In this document: one piece after another, positions 1 to 8,847 of the stretch | How the letters are laid out: each line of letters begins with the position of its first letter | Position numbering within the stretch: position 1 is the first letter of the stretch | Origin: an uncultured Armatimonadetes bacterium | Lineage (GTDB): Bacteria > Armatimonadota > Hebobacteria > Hebobacterales > Hebobacteraceae | Direction: 5' to 3' | DNA: 64,000 nt | NCBI GenBank assembly: GCA_963716175.1 | Contig: OY970296.1 | Span: 2,176,001-2,240,000 of the forward strand | Notes under the pieces: model-generated | Told to the model about the DNA's origin: nothing | The model's input: only the letters and a program-made list of their open reading frames with translations | The model's database searches: none | Made by a program: the position numbers and the translations under genes

Positions 1-375
1 GTCGGGGTCAAGAACGTCACCATCAACGAGGCCCACTTCGTGGGGCACTTCCCGGGGAACCCGATCATGCCCGGGGTGCTGATCGTGGAGGCGATGGCTC
101 AGGTGGGAGGCATCCTGCTGCTGGCCAGCACCGCCAACGAAGGGAAGCTCGCCTTCTTCGCCGGCATTGACAAGCTCCGATTCCGCCGACCGGTGGTGCC
201 GGGGGACCAACTGGTAACCGAGGTGGTTCTCATTAAGACCAAGGGTGACATCGGACGCGTGACTGTGGTGGGAAAAGTAGACGGCCAGGTGGTGGCCGAA
301 GGCGAGTATCTGTTCGCGCTGCGCCCCGATCAAGGCCCGGACACCCTTGTGGCCGGCCCGGCGGAGGAGGCCTGA
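1..375 (+). CDS. fabZ: 3-hydroxyacyl-ACP dehydratase FabZ (5' truncated by window)
   Basis: Frame open from base 1: [34 protein letters not shown], the FabZ signature; directly upstream of lpxA. Confidence 0.95.
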   Translation, partial: VGVKNVTINEAHFVGHFPGNPIMPGVLIVEAMAQVGGILLLASTANEGKLAFFAGIDKLRFRRPVVPGDQLVTEVVLIKTKGDIGRVTVVGKVDGQVVAEGEYLFALRPDQGPDTLVAGPAEEA

Positions 376-376
376 G

Positions 377-1168
377 GTGGCGCGCATCCATCCCACGGCC
401 ATCGTAGATCGCGACTGCGAGCTGGCCGACGACGTCGAGATCGGCCCCTATGCCATCATCCGCAACGGCTGCATCATCGGGTCCGGCACCGTAGTGGACG
501 CCCACGTCATGCTGGAGCACACCACCATAGGGGAGGACTGCCGCCTCTACTTCAGCGCGGCCATCGGCGCGCCGCCTCAGGACCTGCACTATCGCGGTGA
601 GCCCACTCGCGTGACCATTGGCGACCGCAACCAGATCCGCGAGCATGTGACTATCCACCGCGCCAGCGGCGAAGGCTGCGTCACCAGCGTGGGCAATGAC
701 TGCATGCTGATGGCCATGACTCACCTCGGGCACAACTGCCAGGTTGGCGACCAGGTGATGTTAGCGACGCTCTCTGGGATGAGCGGCCACGTGATCCTGG
801 AAGATCGAGTGATCATTGGGGGCATGGTGGGCTCCCACCAGTTGGTGCGGGTGGGCACCATGGCCATGGTGAGCGGTTACTCGAAGCTGAGCCAGGATGT
901 TCCGCCCTATAGCCTGGTGGATGGAAAGCCCGCGCGGGTGATCGGGCCCAACATCATAGGGCTGCGCCGGGCCGGGGTGGAACCGGAGACCAGGCGGGCG
1001 ATCCAAAGGGCATTTCGGCTGATCTACCGCTCCGGCCTGGAGATGTCGCGCGCCCTGGAGCAGGTGAGCGAAGAGCTGGGGACCCTCCCGGAGGTGCGCT
1101 ATCTGGTGCACTTCCTGATCCGCATGCGCAATGGCCGGGTGGGACGACAGCAAGAAGTCGCTAGCTGA
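377..1168 (+). CDS. lpxA: acyl-ACP--UDP-GlcNAc O-acyltransferase
   Basis: GTG after GGAGG; IHPTAIV, hexapeptide repeats, PQDL, IREHVTIHR, HLGHNC, GPNIIGLRR. Confidence 0.93.
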   Translation: MARIHPTAIVDRDCELADDVEIGPYAIIRNGCIIGSGTVVDAHVMLEHTTIGEDCRLYFSAAIGAPPQDLHYRGEPTRVTIGDRNQIREHVTIHRASGEGCVTSVGNDCMLMAMTHLGHNCQVGDQVMLATLSGMSGHVILEDRVIIGGMVGSHQLVRVGTMAMVSGYSKLSQDVPPYSLVDGKPARVIGPNIIGLRRAGVEPETRRAIQRAFRLIYRSGLEMSRALEQVSEELGTLPEVRYLVHFLIRMRNGRVGRQQEVAS

Positions 1169-1297
1169 AGAGCCCCCGGAGGTCAGAGCAGTGTCACTGC
1201 GCGCACTCGGTTGCCTGGGAGCTCTCACGTGCCCCGCGTTCCAGGGCGGGGCCGCGTCGCCCGGGCCGGTGAGCCCCGCGCGCGAATCTGGCTAACC

Positions 1298-2532
1298 ATG
1301 GGGACGCGGCAACCGCCGAGAACCGGGGGCTGTGGGAGGCAGGGGGAGCGACACCAGGGCCACCAGGCCTCCGTGTTCCTGGTGGCCGGCGAGGCCTCTG
1401 GGGACTGGGCGGGGGCGCGACTTGCCCGGGCGCTGCACGCGGCGAGCGCCGGCCTGCGGCTGCGCGGGATTGGGGGAAGCAGATGGCGGCGGCCGGCGTC
1501 GAAGTCATCGCTGATAGCTCCAACTGGGCCGCGATCGGGGTGTTCGAGGCCGTCTCCAAGCTGCCGCGAGTCTGGCACGCGCTGCGGGCGGCGCGGGCTG
1601 ATCTCACCAGTGCGCCTCCCGCTGCCCTGGTGCTGATTGACTCCGGAGCCGTAAACATGCGCCTGGCGCGAGCAGTGCGGCGGCTCGGCCTGCCGACCCT
1701 CTACTACTTCCCGCCCGGATCCTGGCGGCAGCGGCCCCGGGGCCTCGCGGTCCGGGACCTGGTTGACATGATCGCAACTCCTTTCCCCTGGTCGCGGGAG
1801 CTGCTGAGCGGAGGCCGAGCGCGAGTGGAATGGGTGGGGCATCCGGTGGTCGAAGCCGCGCGGCCTCAGCTCTCCCGAGAACAGGCCTGGCAGCGCTACC
1901 AGCTCGACCCTCTGCGGCCGGTGGTGGCGCTCGCGCCCGGCAGCCGCGCCCAGGAGATACACTACCTTCTGCCCGTGCTGGCGCAGGCCGCGGCCCGCCT
2001 GTCAGGGCAGTTCCCGGGAGTGCAGTTCCTGGTGCCAGTGGCGCCATCAGTTCGCCCAGACCGGATCGGCGCGGCCCTGCGAGAGGCTGGAGTGCAGGCA
2101 GCGCTGATAGAGGGAATGGATTACGACGCGCTGCAACTGTCGCAAGCGGCCGCGGTCTGCTCCGGGACGGTGACGCTGGAGTTCGCTTGCCTCGGGGTCC
2201 CCATGGTGGTGGTGTACCGCGCCAGCCGGATGACCACCCTGCAATACCGGTTGATCCGGGGTTGGGTCGGGGGCCAGCGTTTCGCGGCCATGCCCAACAT
2301 CATCGCGCGACGGGAAGTGGTGCGCGAGCTGCTGGGGTCAGGCGCGACGCCCGAGGCCATCGCACGGGAGGTGGGATTGCTGCTCTCAGACCAGGGACGG
2401 CGGGCCCGCACCCAGGCCGATCTCACCCAGGTAATAGCTGCGCTGGGGCCGCCCGGCGCCTCCAGGCGAACCGCTGAGATGGTGCTGGAGCTGATCGGAG
2501 AGAGGGAGAGGACTGGTGCGCCAGCCTGCTGA
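1298..2532 (+). CDS. lpxB: lipid-A-disaccharide synthase, with a 1-nt frameshift at about 1472-1476
   Basis: N-terminal VAGEASGD in the 1211 frame; remainder (LIDSGAVN, VGHP, LAPGSR, SGTVTLE, MPNII) in the 1483 frame. Start codon uncertain. Confidence 0.85.
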
Positions 2533-4390
2533 CGGTGGCGCGGGCGGCTTTCAGGCGCTGCGGGTGCTGCGACGCCTGCTGGCTCGAGCACATCCCCAGC
2601 GCTGGTCTGCCCACGGAGCCCTGGCCTGCGTGTTCGGGGAGGCCGTGGTAGAGAACGGCGTCCTCCCGGTGCTGCTGGCCTTCATGCTTCTCGCCATCGC
2701 TCCCTCGCTGGCGGGATCGGCACTGGGCGGAGGCGGGCGGGCGGACTGGATTCAGCGCCTGGGCTGGGTGCAGTCCGATACGCCGGAGCACCGAGTGCGA
2801 AGCCTGCTCATCTTTGCCGCCGCCATGTTGGCGGCCTGGTTCCTCAAGAGCATCTTCACTTTCGGCCGCAGCTACCTCTCGCAGCATTTCGCCCAGGGGT
2901 TCATCCGCGAGCTGCGGCGGCAGCTCTACGACCACCTGCTGAGGCAGTCGCTCGCCTTCTACCGGGCGCGGGAGACCGGCGACCTGCTGTCCCGGGTGAG
3001 CAATGATGTGATGGTGCTGCAGCGCGTGCTGAGCACAGACTTGGTCGACGCGGCGCGGGCGCCCGTCACCATGCTCACCGCGGTGGCCCTGATGGCCTCT
3101 CTGGAATGGCGCTTGATGCTGTTCGCGCTGGCCTGCGTGCCGGTGATCTCGTTCCTGATCGCGCGGTCGGGTGAGCGGCTGCGCCGGCTGGCCCGAGAGA
3201 CGCAGCGCCGCCTGGGGCGGCTGAACTCGTTCCTCCAGGAGCGGCTGGCAGGGGTGGAGACGGTGCAGCTCTTCAGCATGGAAGCGCAGGAGGCAGAGAG
3301 GTTCCGGGAGATCAACGACAGCAATTATCGAGTGAACATCCGGGCCGCGGGGGCCGCCTCCCTGCTGGTGCCACTGGTCGAGCTCGTGGGGGCCGTGGGC
3401 ATGGTGAGCCTGGTATGTGTGGCCGGCTACCTGGCCATCAAGGGGCCGCTCAGCCTACCGACGCTGGTGGCCTTCGCCTACGTCAGTCAGAGCCTGGGGA
3501 GCAAGCTCGGCCTGCTCGGCAAGATCTGGCTGTCCGCCCAGCAAGGCGCGGCCGCCGGCGACCGCATCTTCGAGATCCTGGACATGCACGAGGAGGTGCC
3601 CGAGGCGCCTGGGGCCCCAGAGATGCCACGCCTGCGGGGAAGGATCGTCTTCCACAACGTCGCCTTTCGCTACCGGGAGGGGGAGCCCGTGCTGCGCGGC
3701 GTGGACCTGGCCATCGAGCCCGGCCAGGTGGCGGCCCTGGTCGGGGCGAGCGGCGCGGGAAAGACCAGCCTGGCCAATCTCATCCCTCGCTTCTACGACC
3801 CCGCCTCCGGCCGCATCGAGGTTGACGGGGTGGACATCAGGGGCGTCACTCTGCGGTCGCTGCGGTCTCAGATCGGCATTGTGCCCCAGGAGCCGATTCT
3901 CTTCGGAGGGTCCGTCGCCGAAAATATCGCCTACGGCCAGCCAGGCGCTAGCATAGAGGAGATACAAGCGGCTGCCGGCGCGGCAAACGCGGATGATTTC
4001 ATCCAGGCCTTCCCGCAGGGCTACGATACTCCTATCGGCGAGCGCGGGGTCCGTCTCTCCGGTGGCCAGCGCCAGCGCATTGCCATCGCCCGAGCCCTGC
4101 TGCGAGACCCGCGGGTGCTGATCCTGGACGAGGCCACCAGCGCGCTCGATGCCGAATCAGAGGCCCTGGTGCAGACCGCGCTGGAGCGCCTGATGCAGGG
4201 CCGCACCACGCTGGTGATCGCCCACCGCCTTTCCACCATCCAGCGCGCCGACCGCATTCTGGTGCTCTCCGAGGGGCGAATCGTGGAGGATGGCAAGCAC
4301 AGGGAACTCCTGCGGCGGGGCGGCGCCTACCGGCGCCTGTATGAGGCCCAGCTCCAGCCACCGCGCCAGGAGGCGCCGGCCGCGTCATGA
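2516..4390 (+). CDS. msbA: lipid A export ABC transporter (TMD+NBD), MsbA-like
   Basis: TM domain plus GASGAGKT, LSGGQRQR, ILDEATSALD; lies between lpxB and waaA. Confidence 0.85.
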   Translation: MRQPADGGAGGFQALRVLRRLLARAHPQRWSAHGALACVFGEAVVENGVLPVLLAFMLLAIAPSLAGSALGGGGRADWIQRLGWVQSDTPEHRVRSLLIFAAAMLAAWFLKSIFTFGRSYLSQHFAQGFIRELRRQLYDHLLRQSLAFYRARETGDLLSRVSNDVMVLQRVLSTDLVDAARAPVTMLTAVALMASLEWRLMLFALACVPVISFLIARSGERLRRLARETQRRLGRLNSFLQERLAGVETVQLFSMEAQEAERFREINDSNYRVNIRAAGAASLLVPLVELVGAVGMVSLVCVAGYLAIKGPLSLPTLVAFAYVSQSLGSKLGLLGKIWLSAQQGAAAGDRIFEILDMHEEVPEAPGAPEMPRLRGRIVFHNVAFRYREGEPVLRGVDLAIEPGQVAALVGASGAGKTSLANLIPRFYDPASGRIEVDGVDIRGVTLRSLRSQIGIVPQEPILFGGSVAENIAYGQPGASIEEIQAAAGAANADDFIQAFPQGYDTPIGERGVRLSGGQRQRIAIARALLRDPRVLILDEATSALDAESEALVQTALERLMQGRTTLVIAHRLSTIQRADRILVLSEGRIVEDGKHRELLRRGGAYRRLYEAQLQPPRQEAPAAS

Positions 4391-5736
4391 ACCTCCCTGC
4401 CGGCTCCTCCCCAGCCTACGCGCGGAACGGCGGGAGGCAATGGCGCCTGGCGGCGGAGCTCTTCACCTATAATACGTTGCTGCTGGCAGGGGCTCCAGCC
4501 ATCGCCTGCTGGCTGCTGTGGAGAGCGCTGCGACGGAAGGCATTAGGATGCTGGCGGCATCGGCTGGGGCTGGTGCCTCGGCTCCCCGTGCGGGAGGGCC
4601 CGCGGATCTGGCTGCACGCGGTTTCCGCGGGCGAGGTAGGCGCGGCCAAGCCGGTGCTGGAGGCGCTGCGCCAAGGGCTGCCGGGGGCGCGGATCGCGCT
4701 CTCCACCGTCACTCAGGCCGGGATGACGATCGCGCGAAAGAGCTGCGGCAGCGCCAATGTCTTCCTGTACCTGCCCCTGGATGTCCCGGCGGCGATGGGG
4801 CTTGCCCTCAGCCGCCTGCGGCCCGACCTGGTGGTAGTCACGGAGAAAGAGCTGTGGCCCAACTTCCTGGGCCTGGCCCGCCTCTCGGGGGCGCGGGTGC
4901 TGATGGTGAATGGACGGGTATCCAATCGTATGGCGCAACGGGCGCGGTGGGCAGGGAGATTCGTGCAATGGCTGTACCGTCTGCCCGACCGCCTCTGCGT
5001 GCAATCCCAGCAGGACGCGCGGCGTCTCGTGGACCTTGGCGTAGAGCCAGCGCGCATCCTGGTGGCCGGGAACACCAAGGTGGACGGGATGGCCGAGCGG
5101 GACCAGCAGGCCGAGGCGAAGCTCGCGGCAGAGCTGGCGGTTTCCCCAGGCGACCTGTGGCTGGTGGCTGGCAGCACCCACCCAGGAGAAGAGGAAGCTG
5201 TGATCGAGGCCTTCCGCCTGATTCGCTCTCAGCTCCCCGGGGCGCGGCTGCTGCTCGCCCCGCGCCACCTGGAGCGGGTGCCGGCGATCTCGGCGCTGGT
5301 GGCCCAGCGCGGATTCCCCGTGGTGCGCAGGAGCGAGCGGGCGGCTGCTTCTGCGGCGCCCGTGGTGGTGTTAGATACCATGGGGGAGCTGCGGGCGGCC
5401 TATGGCTGCGCCACCGCTGCGTTCGTTGGCGGCACGCTGGCCCCTGTCGGCGGCCACAACCTGTTGGAGCCGGTGGCTGCAGGGCGGCCGGTGCTGTTCG
5501 GCCCCCACACCGAGGAGTGCGCCGACATGGCGGACCTGGTGCTGGAGTCCGGAGTGGGCTTTCGGGTGAGCAGCGGAGCCGAGCTGGCGGGGCAGTTCAT
5601 CCGGCTCGCCGCTGACGCCTCCCTGCGGGCCCGCATCGCGGCGACGGGAGAGGCGCTGATCGCGGGGCAGCGAGGGGCGGCGCGCCGCTGCGCGGAGGCA
5701 GCGCAGAGTCTGCTGGGCCTGCGGGCCGTGAGCTGA
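4387..5736 (+). CDS. waaA: Kdo transferase
   Basis: IWLHAVSAGE, ELWPN, GNTK, AGSTHPGEE, APRHLER, GGHNLLEP. Confidence 0.93.
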   Translation: MNLPAGSSPAYARNGGRQWRLAAELFTYNTLLLAGAPAIACWLLWRALRRKALGCWRHRLGLVPRLPVREGPRIWLHAVSAGEVGAAKPVLEALRQGLPGARIALSTVTQAGMTIARKSCGSANVFLYLPLDVPAAMGLALSRLRPDLVVVTEKELWPNFLGLARLSGARVLMVNGRVSNRMAQRARWAGRFVQWLYRLPDRLCVQSQQDARRLVDLGVEPARILVAGNTKVDGMAERDQQAEAKLAAELAVSPGDLWLVAGSTHPGEEEAVIEAFRLIRSQLPGARLLLAPRHLERVPAISALVAQRGFPVVRRSERAAASAAPVVVLDTMGELRAAYGCATAAFVGGTLAPVGGHNLLEPVAAGRPVLFGPHTEECADMADLVLESGVGFRVSSGAELAGQFIRLAADASLRARIAATGEALIAGQRGAARRCAEAAQSLLGLRAVS

Positions 5737-6845
5737 TGCAAGCCGACAGCTGGTGGCTGCGGGTAGTGCGGGGAGAGGCGCGAACGCCGGGGCAGCGGCT
5801 GGCCGCGGCCGGCCTGTGGGCGCTCTCCGTCGGCTATGGGCTAGCGCTGCGCGCCCACCTCGCAGGCTATCGTCTGGGGGTGGCCAGGCGAACACGATTC
5901 CCCGCGCTCGTGATCAGCATCGGCAACCTAACCACCGGGGGCACCGGGAAGACCACCGCCTCCCTGGCGGTGGCGCGGTGGCTCTGCGAGCAGGGGCGGC
6001 GGGTGGCCTACCTTAGCCGCGGCTACCGTGGAGCCGGGGAGAGGGAAGCCTTGATCGTGTCCGAGGGATTCGGGCCGCTGCTGCCAGTGGAGGCGGCGGG
6101 TGATGAGGCCTACCTGGTATCGCGCGCTCTGCCGGAGGTGTTCGTGCTAGTGGGCAAGGACCGCCGCCGCACCGGCGCACTCGCCCTCGAGAAAGGGGCC
6201 GATGCGCTGGTGCTGGACGATGGGTTCCAGTATCAGCGGCTGGAGCGGGACCTGGACCTGGTGCTGGTGGACGCGCTGATCCCATTCGGGTATGATTTTC
6301 TGCTGCCGCGAGGGCTGCTTCGGGAGCCCCCCTCCCATCTGGCGAGGGCCGATGGGGTCTGGCTGACCCACTCCGATCTGGTGAGGCGCAGCGACCTGGA
6401 GGCGCTCCGCGCCCGGGTGCAGAGTCTGGCTCCCGGGGCGCGGCTGTGGGAGACAGCCCACCGGCCAGTGCTGCTGCGGGGCCTGACGCGCGACGATGCC
6501 GTTGCGCCGGAGGCAGTGAGGGGGCGCCGGGTGTGCGCTCTCTCGGGCCTGGGCAACCCCCTGGCCTTCGAGCGCAGCCTGGAGCGGCTGGGCGCGCAGG
6601 TGGTGGCCCGCGTGCGTTTTCCGGACCATCACCCGTACCGGGCGGATGAGCTGCGAGAGGTGCTGCCCGCGCAGGCGAGCCGGGCGGAGTGGATTGTCAC
6701 CACTGAGAAAGACGCGGTGAGAATGCCCGAAGGCGATTTCGACAAGCCGGTGTGGGCGCTCGCGGTGGAGCTGGCGGGAGGGCCGGGGGCTCCGGCCCTG
6801 TCGGAGGAATTGGGTTGGCTGCTGGCCGCAAAGCAGAACAGGTGA
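5736..6845 (+). CDS. lpxK: tetraacyldisaccharide 4'-kinase
   Basis: SIGNLTTGGTGKT, LSRGY, GDE, LDDGFQ, PRGLLRE, FPDHH, TTEKD. Confidence 0.95.
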   Translation: MQADSWWLRVVRGEARTPGQRLAAAGLWALSVGYGLALRAHLAGYRLGVARRTRFPALVISIGNLTTGGTGKTTASLAVARWLCEQGRRVAYLSRGYRGAGEREALIVSEGFGPLLPVEAAGDEAYLVSRALPEVFVLVGKDRRRTGALALEKGADALVLDDGFQYQRLERDLDLVLVDALIPFGYDFLLPRGLLREPPSHLARADGVWLTHSDLVRRSDLEALRARVQSLAPGARLWETAHRPVLLRGLTRDDAVAPEAVRGRRVCALSGLGNPLAFERSLERLGAQVVARVRFPDHHPYRADELREVLPAQASRAEWIVTTEKDAVRMPEGDFDKPVWALAVELAGGPGAPALSEELGWLLAAKQNR

Positions 6846-7792
6846 GCCCGATCTACGGTCCTGAGGGGCGCTCGCTTCTCTATGCCTGGCACCGGAGGCT
6901 GCAGAGCCGGCTGGGCAATGCCGCGGTGCTGTGGATGGCGCGCCGCCACCGCAGCATCCCGGAACGGGCCGGCTACCGCCTGGGAGCGGCAGTTGGCACG
7001 CTGATGCGCCGCATCTCGCCCCGCCACTACCGGATCGTGCTCACCAACCTGCGGCTCGCCTTCGGCGAGGAGAAGCGCGAGGCCGAGCTGCGCCAGCTTG
7101 CGATCGAGTGCTATCGCCATCTGGGCAAATGCCTGATCGAGTTCATCCGGCTGCCGGCGATGAGCAGTGAGGAGATCAAACGCGTGGTCCGGATTCAGGG
7201 CAGACAGCACCTTGATGCCGCGCTGGCGGCCGGGAAGGGCGTCATCCTGCTCACCGGCCACCTGGGCAACTGGGAGATGGTGGGGGCGCGCATCGCCGCC
7301 GCAGGCTATCCCCTGAACGTGATCGCGCGGGCGCAGCGGGACGACACGCTCACCCAGTACATCCTGCGCACCCGCGAGGTGGTGGGGATGCACGTCCTGC
7401 ACCAGGAGGTGGCAGTGAGGCGGTCGCTGCTTGCGCTGCGACAGAACCAGCTCGTGGGCATTCTGCTGGACCAGAATGCTGGCGACGAGGGCCTCTTTGT
7501 GGACTTCTTCGGCCGCCTCGCGTCCACCGCTGCCGGGGCCGCTGCCTTCGCCCTGCGCACGGGAGCCGCGGTGCTGCCGACGGTGGGATGGAGAAACCCG
7601 GATGATACTCATACTGCGGCCATCGGTGAGGCGGTCCCACTGATCCGCACGGGCGACCGGGACCAGGATCTGCTGGTCAACACTGCTCGGTATACTAAGC
7701 TCATCGAGCAGGCCATCCGGCAGCATCCGGCGCAGTGGTTCTGGCTGCACAAACGCTGGAAGAGCAGGCCTCCCGAGGAACAGCCGGCATGA
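6842..7792 (+). CDS. lipid A late acyltransferase (LpxL/HtrB family)
   Basis: HLGNWE, LLDQ, FFG, QWFWLHKRWK; GTG start overlaps the lpxK stop. Confidence 0.88.
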   Translation: MSPIYGPEGRSLLYAWHRRLQSRLGNAAVLWMARRHRSIPERAGYRLGAAVGTLMRRISPRHYRIVLTNLRLAFGEEKREAELRQLAIECYRHLGKCLIEFIRLPAMSSEEIKRVVRIQGRQHLDAALAAGKGVILLTGHLGNWEMVGARIAAAGYPLNVIARAQRDDTLTQYILRTREVVGMHVLHQEVAVRRSLLALRQNQLVGILLDQNAGDEGLFVDFFGRLASTAAGAAAFALRTGAAVLPTVGWRNPDDTHTAAIGEAVPLIRTGDRDQDLLVNTARYTKLIEQAIRQHPAQWFWLHKRWKSRPPEEQPA

Positions 7793-8847
7793 TAGCCCCG
7801 GGACGAGTGGAGAGCGTGCTGGTGGTGAAGCTGAGCTCCATCGGCGATGTGGTGCAGTCGCTGCCGGTGCTGGCCGCGCTGCGCCGCCGGTTCCCGCAGG
7901 CCTACCTCGCCTGGGCAGTCAAGCCAGCGGCGGCCGATGTGCTGGTAGAGAGCCCGCATCTGAGCGAGACCTTGATCCTGGGAGGCGAGGGAAGAGAGGG
8001 GCCAGGCGTGCGCTCTCTTCCCCCGCTGACCGCGCCAATCCAGCTGGCTCGCGCCCTGCGCCAGCACAAGTTCGACCTCGCTCTTGATATGCAGGGACTG
8101 CTGAAGAGCGCGCTGGTGGCCTATCTCAGCGGAGCACGGGAACGTATCGGGTTCCACAATCGCCAGGAGGGCGCGTTCCTCCTTAACAACCGGAGCATCG
8201 TGCCGGACCGGCGGGATGTTCACGCGGTGCAAGCCTACCTTGGGTTCGCGGAGGTGGTGGGCGCGCCGGCCGAGCCCCTGGATTTCACCATCGCCACCAG
8301 CGAGGCCAATCGCCGGGTGGTGGACGGTCTGCTGAGGGAAGATGAGAACGTAGTGGCGCTGATCCCGGGCGCGCGGTGGCTGTCGAAGCGCTGGCCGGCA
8401 GCGCGATTCGCGGCCGTGGCCGATGCGCTCGGGGCCGAGTTGGGGTGCACCAGTGTGGTGATAGGAGGGGCCGGCGACCGCCCGTTGGCGGCCGAGATCA
8501 AAGCCCTGGCGCGTTCCGCGGTCTCGGACTTCACCGGGCAGACCACGCTGAAGCAACTGGCCGAGCTGTTCCGCCGCTGCCGGGCAGTGATCTCGAACGA
8601 GACCGGGCCCATGTACATCTCGGCTGCGGTGGGCGCCCCCACGGTTGCGATCTTTGGGCCCACTGATCCACGCCGGCTTGGGCCCTATGGAGAAGGCCAC
8701 GCCAGGGTGACAGCCGATGTGCCTTGCACGCCATGCCGGCGCCGGCGCTGTCGGCCGCTGAAGTGCATGGAAGCCATTGATGCTGAGCAAGTGGTAGCGG
8801 CTGCGCGAAGCGTGCTGCGCCCTGCGGTGGTCGGAGGTGGAGGGTGA
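7789..8847 (+). CDS. GT9 heptosyltransferase (WaaC/WaaF-like)
   Basis: VKLSSIGDV, DMQGLLKS, KRWP, ETGPMY, IFGPT, C-terminal CxPCxxxxC..CM. Confidence 0.88.
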   Translation: MIAPGRVESVLVVKLSSIGDVVQSLPVLAALRRRFPQAYLAWAVKPAAADVLVESPHLSETLILGGEGREGPGVRSLPPLTAPIQLARALRQHKFDLALDMQGLLKSALVAYLSGARERIGFHNRQEGAFLLNNRSIVPDRRDVHAVQAYLGFAEVVGAPAEPLDFTIATSEANRRVVDGLLREDENVVALIPGARWLSKRWPAARFAAVADALGAELGCTSVVIGGAGDRPLAAEIKALARSAVSDFTGQTTLKQLAELFRRCRAVISNETGPMYISAAVGAPTVAIFGPTDPRRLGPYGEGHARVTADVPCTPCRRRRCRPLKCMEAIDAEQVVAAARSVLRPAVVGGGG

